Positions 59,815 to 64,000 of a stretch of 64,000 nt of DNA are shown piece by piece (the stretch's first letter is position 1; each line of letters starts with the position of its first letter). The notes beneath the pieces are model-generated. The model was given only the letters and a program-made list of their open reading frames with translations, did no database searches and was not told the origin of the DNA. Made by a program: the position numbers and the translations under genes. Origin of the DNA: Gammaproteobacteria bacterium (GTDB lineage: Bacteria > Pseudomonadota > Gammaproteobacteria > Chromatiales > Chromatiaceae); NCBI GenBank assembly GCA_015490795.1, contig WFXD01000005.1:4690-68689 (forward strand), given 5' to 3'.

Positions 59815-61947
59815 CTACGGGTTGATTTGGCACCCTGCCAGCAGACACCTCAGCACCCCGTAATCGTACTGTTCATCCAGCGCCTCGTAGAGGGATTTCA
59901 AGGAGCCATCCTCTTCGGTACCCAGCAGTTCGATAGCGTTTACAATCTCGGCATACTGGGCATCATCCAGCGGCAGGGCATCACGGGCACTCAAGCAGCC
60001 AGCCGCTACTGCTTCGGCCAGATGGACGTAGATGGTGGCAGGTTTGAGTCCCCGCTGCTGGGCAATGGCCTCTGCATCTTTGCCCTGCTGGTGCAGCGCC
60101 AGGGTCTCATTGATGGTGTCGCTCAGGTGGTTGTCGAGCAGTTCAGGCAGGGGGTATTTGGCAATCTCCTGCAGAAACTGTCTACCGTAGTGTTTGAGTT
60201 TCTGCTCGCCCACGCCGGATATATAACGCATTGCATCCGGCGTTGCAGGGCGGGTTCGGGCCATCTCGGCCAGGGTGGTGTCATGAAAGATCACATAGGG
60301 CGGCACCCCCTGCTCCTGGGCAAGGCTGAGGCGCAGGGCGCGCAGGGCTTCAAACAGCGGCGTGTCAATGGTGCGCAGCTCCTGCTGCTTCTGCGCGCGC
60401 TTCTCTTTTTTGATCTTTTCCGGCCTGGCCATCTTGCGCAGCTCCAGCCGTTGTTCACCTCGCAGCAGGGGGCGGCATTTTTCGGTGAGCTTGAGTGCGC
60501 CATAGCCATCGACATCCACGCTGAGATAGCCCTGGGCAATCAGCTGACGAAAGATGCTGCGCCACTCCACCCCCGTATGCTCATCCCCGATGCCGTAGGT
60601 GCTGATCTGATCATGCCGGTTCTTGCGGATACGCTCATCATCCTTGCCCACCAGTACGTCGATGATGTAGTTGACCCCAAAGCGCTGGTTGGTGCGGTAT
60701 ACGGTTGACAGCGCCTTTTGTGCCGCAACAGAGCCATCCCAGGTCTGGGGTGGGCGGGTGCAGTTGTCGCAGTTGCCACAAGGCGCTGCCAGCGTCTCAT
60801 CAAAGTAGGCCAGCAGGGCCTGACGGCGGCAGCTGATGAGCTCGCAAAGCCCCAGCATTGCCTCCAGTTTTTGTAGTGCAATGCGTTTAAACTGCTCATT
60901 GGCATCACCCTCCTGCATCATCTGGCGCAGGGTGATGACATCCTGCAATCCATAGGCCATCCAGGCATTGGCAGGCTCTCCATCTCGTCCGGCGCGGCCG
61001 GTCTCCTGATAGTAGGCCTCGATACTTTTGGGCAGATTGAGATGCGCCACAAAGCGCACATCCGGCTTGTCGATCCCCATGCCAAAGGCGATGGTGGCGA
61101 CAATGATCACCCCCTCTTCACGCAGGAAACGCTCTTGGTGCCGCTGTCGCACCTCACTGGGCAACCCGGCATGATAGGGCAGCGCCAGCCGCCCCTTGCC
61201 GGCAAGCCAGCGGGCAATGCTCTCGGTCTTTTTACGCGACAGGCAGTAGATAATGCCGGCATCCTGCGGATGTTCGCGCTGAATAAATCGCCACAGCTGC
61301 TCTTTGGCATTCTGCCCTTCGCTGACGGCATAGTGAATATTGGGGCGATCAAAGCTGTTGAGGAACACCGTTGCCTGTTGCAGATTCAGCTGGGTGATGA
61401 TCTCGGCACGGGTGCGCCGGTCTGCGGTTGCTGTCAGGGCAATGCGTGGCACATTGGGGTAGCGCTCATGCAGGATGGAGAGCTGCTGGTACTCTTTGCG
61501 GAAATCATGCCCCCACTGGGAGACGCAGTGGGCCTCGTCAATCGCGAACAGTGCGACCCGGGTCTGATCCAGCAGGCTGAGCATTCGCTCTGTCATCAGC
61601 CGTTCAGGAGCGATGTAGATGAGATCCAGTGCCCCATCCAGCAGGCTCTGCTCTATCTGCTGCTGGCTGGCCTGATCCAGGGTTGAGTTGAGGAAGGCCG
61701 TTTGAATCCCCAGCTGCCTGAGCGCATTCACCTGATCCTGCATCAGGGCGATCAGCGGAGAGATCACTACGCCCACCCCGTCGCGTACCAGGGCCGGGAT
61801 CTGATAGCAGAGGGATTTGCCACCGCCGGTAGGCATCAGTGTAAAGGCATCCTGCCCATCCAGCAGTGACTGGATAATATCCGCCTGGTTATGCCGGAAC
61901 TCGTTATAGCCGAAGGTGGTTTTCAGGATCTGGTAGGCAGGCTGCAT
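59815..61947 (-). CDS. recQ: ATP-dependent DNA helicase RecQ
   Basis: [10 protein letters not shown] (motif I), [17 protein letters not shown] (DEAH), zinc-binding CRR...CGNCDNC, C-terminal HRDC. Confidence 0.96.
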   Translation of the reverse strand: MQPAYQILKTTFGYNEFRHNQADIIQSLLDGQDAFTLMPTGGGKSLCYQIPALVRDGVGVVISPLIALMQDQVNALRQLGIQTAFLNSTLDQASQQQIEQSLLDGALDLIYIAPERLMTERMLSLLDQTRVALFAIDEAHCVSQWGHDFRKEYQQLSILHERYPNVPRIALTATADRRTRAEIITQLNLQQATVFLNSFDRPNIHYAVSEGQNAKEQLWRFIQREHPQDAGIIYCLSRKKTESIARWLAGKGRLALPYHAGLPSEVRQRHQERFLREEGVIIVATIAFGMGIDKPDVRFVAHLNLPKSIEAYYQETGRAGRDGEPANAWMAYGLQDVITLRQMMQEGDANEQFKRIALQKLEAMLGLCELISCRRQALLAYFDETLAAPCGNCDNCTRPPQTWDGSVAAQKALSTVYRTNQRFGVNYIIDVLVGKDDERIRKNRHDQISTYGIGDEHTGVEWRSIFRQLIAQGYLSVDVDGYGALKLTEKCRPLLRGEQRLELRKMARPEKIKKEKRAQKQQELRTIDTPLFEALRALRLSLAQEQGVPPYVIFHDTTLAEMARTRPATPDAMRYISGVGEQKLKHYGRQFLQEIAKYPLPELLDNHLSDTINETLALHQQGKDAEAIAQQRGLKPATIYVHLAEAVAAGCLSARDALPLDDAQYAEIVNAIELLGTEEDGSLKSLYEALDEQYDYGVLRCLLAGCQINP

Positions 61948-62116
61948 AGTGTCCTATTTTACCACCAAAACCATGGGCAGATGTCAGGGCTGCTTAATGA
62001 TTCTTGCTACGGTTCCAACTGCTCTTGGTGGGATAATCTGTTATCATACCGTCCCTTTTTTCGTCATATTCACCAATATGGCAGCTATTTTTGTTCCCCT
62101 GACTTGAGGTGCCTCC

Positions 62117-63859
62117 ATGGATTCCGCTCCTGCATCCGTCGGCTTTGACCGATTCGGATTTCCTGCCACTGTTCTAAAAGCGGTTACAGACCTTGGCTAT
62201 GAAACGCCAACCCCTATTCAGCAGCAGTGCATTCCCCATCTCATGGAGGGGAGGGATCTCTTGGGGCAGGCTCAGACCGGCACGGGCAAAACGGCTGCAT
62301 TTGCGCTGCCTGTGATGAGTGATATAGATCTGAAACAGCGTGATCCACAGGCATTGGTACTGGCACCCACCCGAGAGCTGGCGCTTCAGGTTGCAGAGGC
62401 CTTCCAGAGCTATGCCCATGGCATGAAGGGGTTTCATGTTCTGCCACTGTATGGCGGGACAGGTATCGCCACCCAGTTACGACAGCTCAAACGTGGCGCC
62501 CATGTAATTGTGGGAACCCCCGGCCGGGTTATGGATCATCTGCGGCGTGGCACCCTTTCGCTGAAGGGGCTTAAAACCCTGGTGCTGGATGAGGCGGATG
62601 AGATGCTGAACATGGGATTCATCGATGATATTGAGTGGATCTTTGAGCAGACGCCAGCAGATCGGCGTGTCGCGCTCTTCTCGGCAACCATGCCAAAGGG
62701 TATCCGCAATGTGGCCCGGAAATATCTGGATAACCCGGTTGAGGTCAAGGTTGCCTGTAAAACAGAGACCGTCACCACCATTGAGCAGCTTCACTGTGTG
62801 GTTACACCCTTCCATAAAATGGATGCGCTGACGCGGGTGCTGGAGGTTGAAACGCTTGATGCCATGCTGGTCTTTGTGCGCACCAAAACAGCAACGGTTG
62901 AGGTGGCGGAAAAACTGGAAGCGCATGGATTCTCTGCTGAGGCGCTGCATGGCGACATGAATCAGGCCATGCGCGAGCGAACGGTGGGCCGCCTGAAAAG
63001 TGGCAAGCTGGATATTGTTGTGGCAACCGATGTAGCGGCTCGCGGGCTGGATGTCGAGCGGGTAAGCCACGTTGTCAACTACGACATCCCCTATGATCCA
63101 GAGGCCTATGTCCACCGTATTGGCCGTACCGGGCGGGCAGGGCGCAAAGGCAAGGCGCTGCTCTTTGTATCGCCCCGTGAGCGGCATCTGCTCAAATCCA
63201 TTGAGCGGGCCATACGCCAAAAGATCCCCCCCATGTCACTGCCATCAGCAGATGATCTGGGTGAGCACCGTATTGAACAGTTTATGCAGCTGTTGCGTGA
63301 TACAGCTGTCAACCAGGATCTGGATTTCTACTATCGTCTGGTCAGCCGGATCGAAAATGAACAGGAGATGAGCGTAACGGATATCGCTGCGGCGCTCACT
63401 TTTCTTAGTCAGCGCGAGCGCCCCTTCATAGTGAAAGAGATCAAAGTGCCCATGGCCAAAAAACGGCCAGATAGCCGGACTGAGCCAAGAGGGGACAGAG
63501 GGAGAAAGGGGCAGGGCAAGCCTGAGCAGGCCGGTGACGATCTGCCCCGAACCCGTTACCGGATAGAGGTTGGCCGCCAGCATGGGGCTACACCGCGTGA
63601 AATAGTGGGGGCGATTGCCAATGAAGCAGGGGTTGAAGGAAAGCATATCGGCTACATAGGCATTCACGATACCCACAGCACGGTGGATCTGCCTGAAGGG
63701 ATGCCCAAAGAGATTGAGAAACATCTGCAAAAGGTGATTGTATGCGGCCAGCGGTTGCGCATCTCACCCACGGGTGAAAAGGCGGCCTCTCCGAGGGGAC
63801 AGAAGCAGCCTAAAGGCAAAAAAACGGGGGAGCGAAAGCGCACTAAAAACAGGGGTTAA
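62117..63859 (+). CDS. deaD: DEAD-box ATP-dependent RNA helicase (DeaD/CsdA-type)
   Basis: AQTGTGKT, DEAD, SAT and HRIGRTGRAG motifs. DbpA-like C-terminal RNA-binding domain and a basic tail. Confidence 0.95.
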   Translation: MDSAPASVGFDRFGFPATVLKAVTDLGYETPTPIQQQCIPHLMEGRDLLGQAQTGTGKTAAFALPVMSDIDLKQRDPQALVLAPTRELALQVAEAFQSYAHGMKGFHVLPLYGGTGIATQLRQLKRGAHVIVGTPGRVMDHLRRGTLSLKGLKTLVLDEADEMLNMGFIDDIEWIFEQTPADRRVALFSATMPKGIRNVARKYLDNPVEVKVACKTETVTTIEQLHCVVTPFHKMDALTRVLEVETLDAMLVFVRTKTATVEVAEKLEAHGFSAEALHGDMNQAMRERTVGRLKSGKLDIVVATDVAARGLDVERVSHVVNYDIPYDPEAYVHRIGRTGRAGRKGKALLFVSPRERHLLKSIERAIRQKIPPMSLPSADDLGEHRIEQFMQLLRDTAVNQDLDFYYRLVSRIENEQEMSVTDIAAALTFLSQRERPFIVKEIKVPMAKKRPDSRTEPRGDRGRKGQGKPEQAGDDLPRTRYRIEVGRQHGATPREIVGAIANEAGVEGKHIGYIGIHDTHSTVDLPEGMPKEIEKHLQKVIVCGQRLRISPTGEKAASPRGQKQPKGKKTGERKRTKNRG

Positions 63860-64000
63860 GCATACTCGCTCAGCTGATGTGCTGCGGGAGCAGTCGCCCT
63901 CTCTATTCGCTGATATTGGGCGGCGCCAGCGGTGGCATTGGGTGGTGCCGATGCCGTCTTCTGTTCCCGGCCCAGACGGGCAATCTCAATGCGGGTGATA

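Noticed and set aside
63856-64000. Open minus-strand frame running from the window edge to a TAA overlapping the deaD stop (...ITRIEIARLGREQKTASAPPNATAGAAQYQRIERATAPAAHQLSEYA*)
   Set aside because: Only 47 codons are visible and carry no motif. It could be the 3' end of a real convergent gene, but that cannot be supported from this fragment. The plus-strand ORF 63738-63998 overlapping deaD is also discounted.

Overview
This looks like a chromosomal segment of a Gammaproteobacterium. The evidence is Pseudomonas-like synteny blocks: hemL-thiE-thiD, hemJ / argC-bactofilin-erpA, lnt-corC-ybeY-phoH-miaB, rluB-scpB-scpA-trpS, then recQ and deaD. I cannot name the organism. About 60 coding regions are supported. 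I found no rRNA, tRNA, CRISPR array, transposase or phage gene. Housekeeping genes are interspersed with accessory and respiratory modules. (1) 274-5757: a Tat-exported molybdopterin (Mo-bisPGD) oxidoreductase operon in the order FeS-NrfD-catalytic subunit, followed by a five-haem NapC/NirT-like cytochrome and a monohaem cytochrome c. (2) 6067-8249: a TPR plus beta-barrel outer-membrane protein (Slam/DUF560-like) followed by a secreted trypsin-like protease. (3) 8571-14044: a cNMP-binding protein, a soluble PAS-GAF hybrid histidine kinase and a response regulator. (4) 28853-36356: a PilZ-like protein, a TlpA-like thioredoxin, an orphan GspE-type ATPase and a CHASE2-SH3-M48 peptidase operon. 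(5) 36947-46733 is the most unusual locus. It encodes a c4-type dihaem cytochrome, a PQQ-like beta-propeller, an 8-haem cytochrome, an NHL propeller and a 28-haem cytochrome built from five tandem 4-haem modules. It ends with a Wzz/PCP-like membrane protein carrying a degenerate tyrosine-recombinase-like C-terminal domain. (6) 52859-59814: a MoxR/DUF58/VWA 'Bat'-type operon. Non-coding observations are a 168-bp imperfect palindrome (MITE/ERIC-like) at 8394-8561, short copies of its terminal motif at two other gene ends, several hairpins, and a 39-nt in-frame tandem repeat. All functional calls rest on motifs read by eye from the translations. No database search was run.
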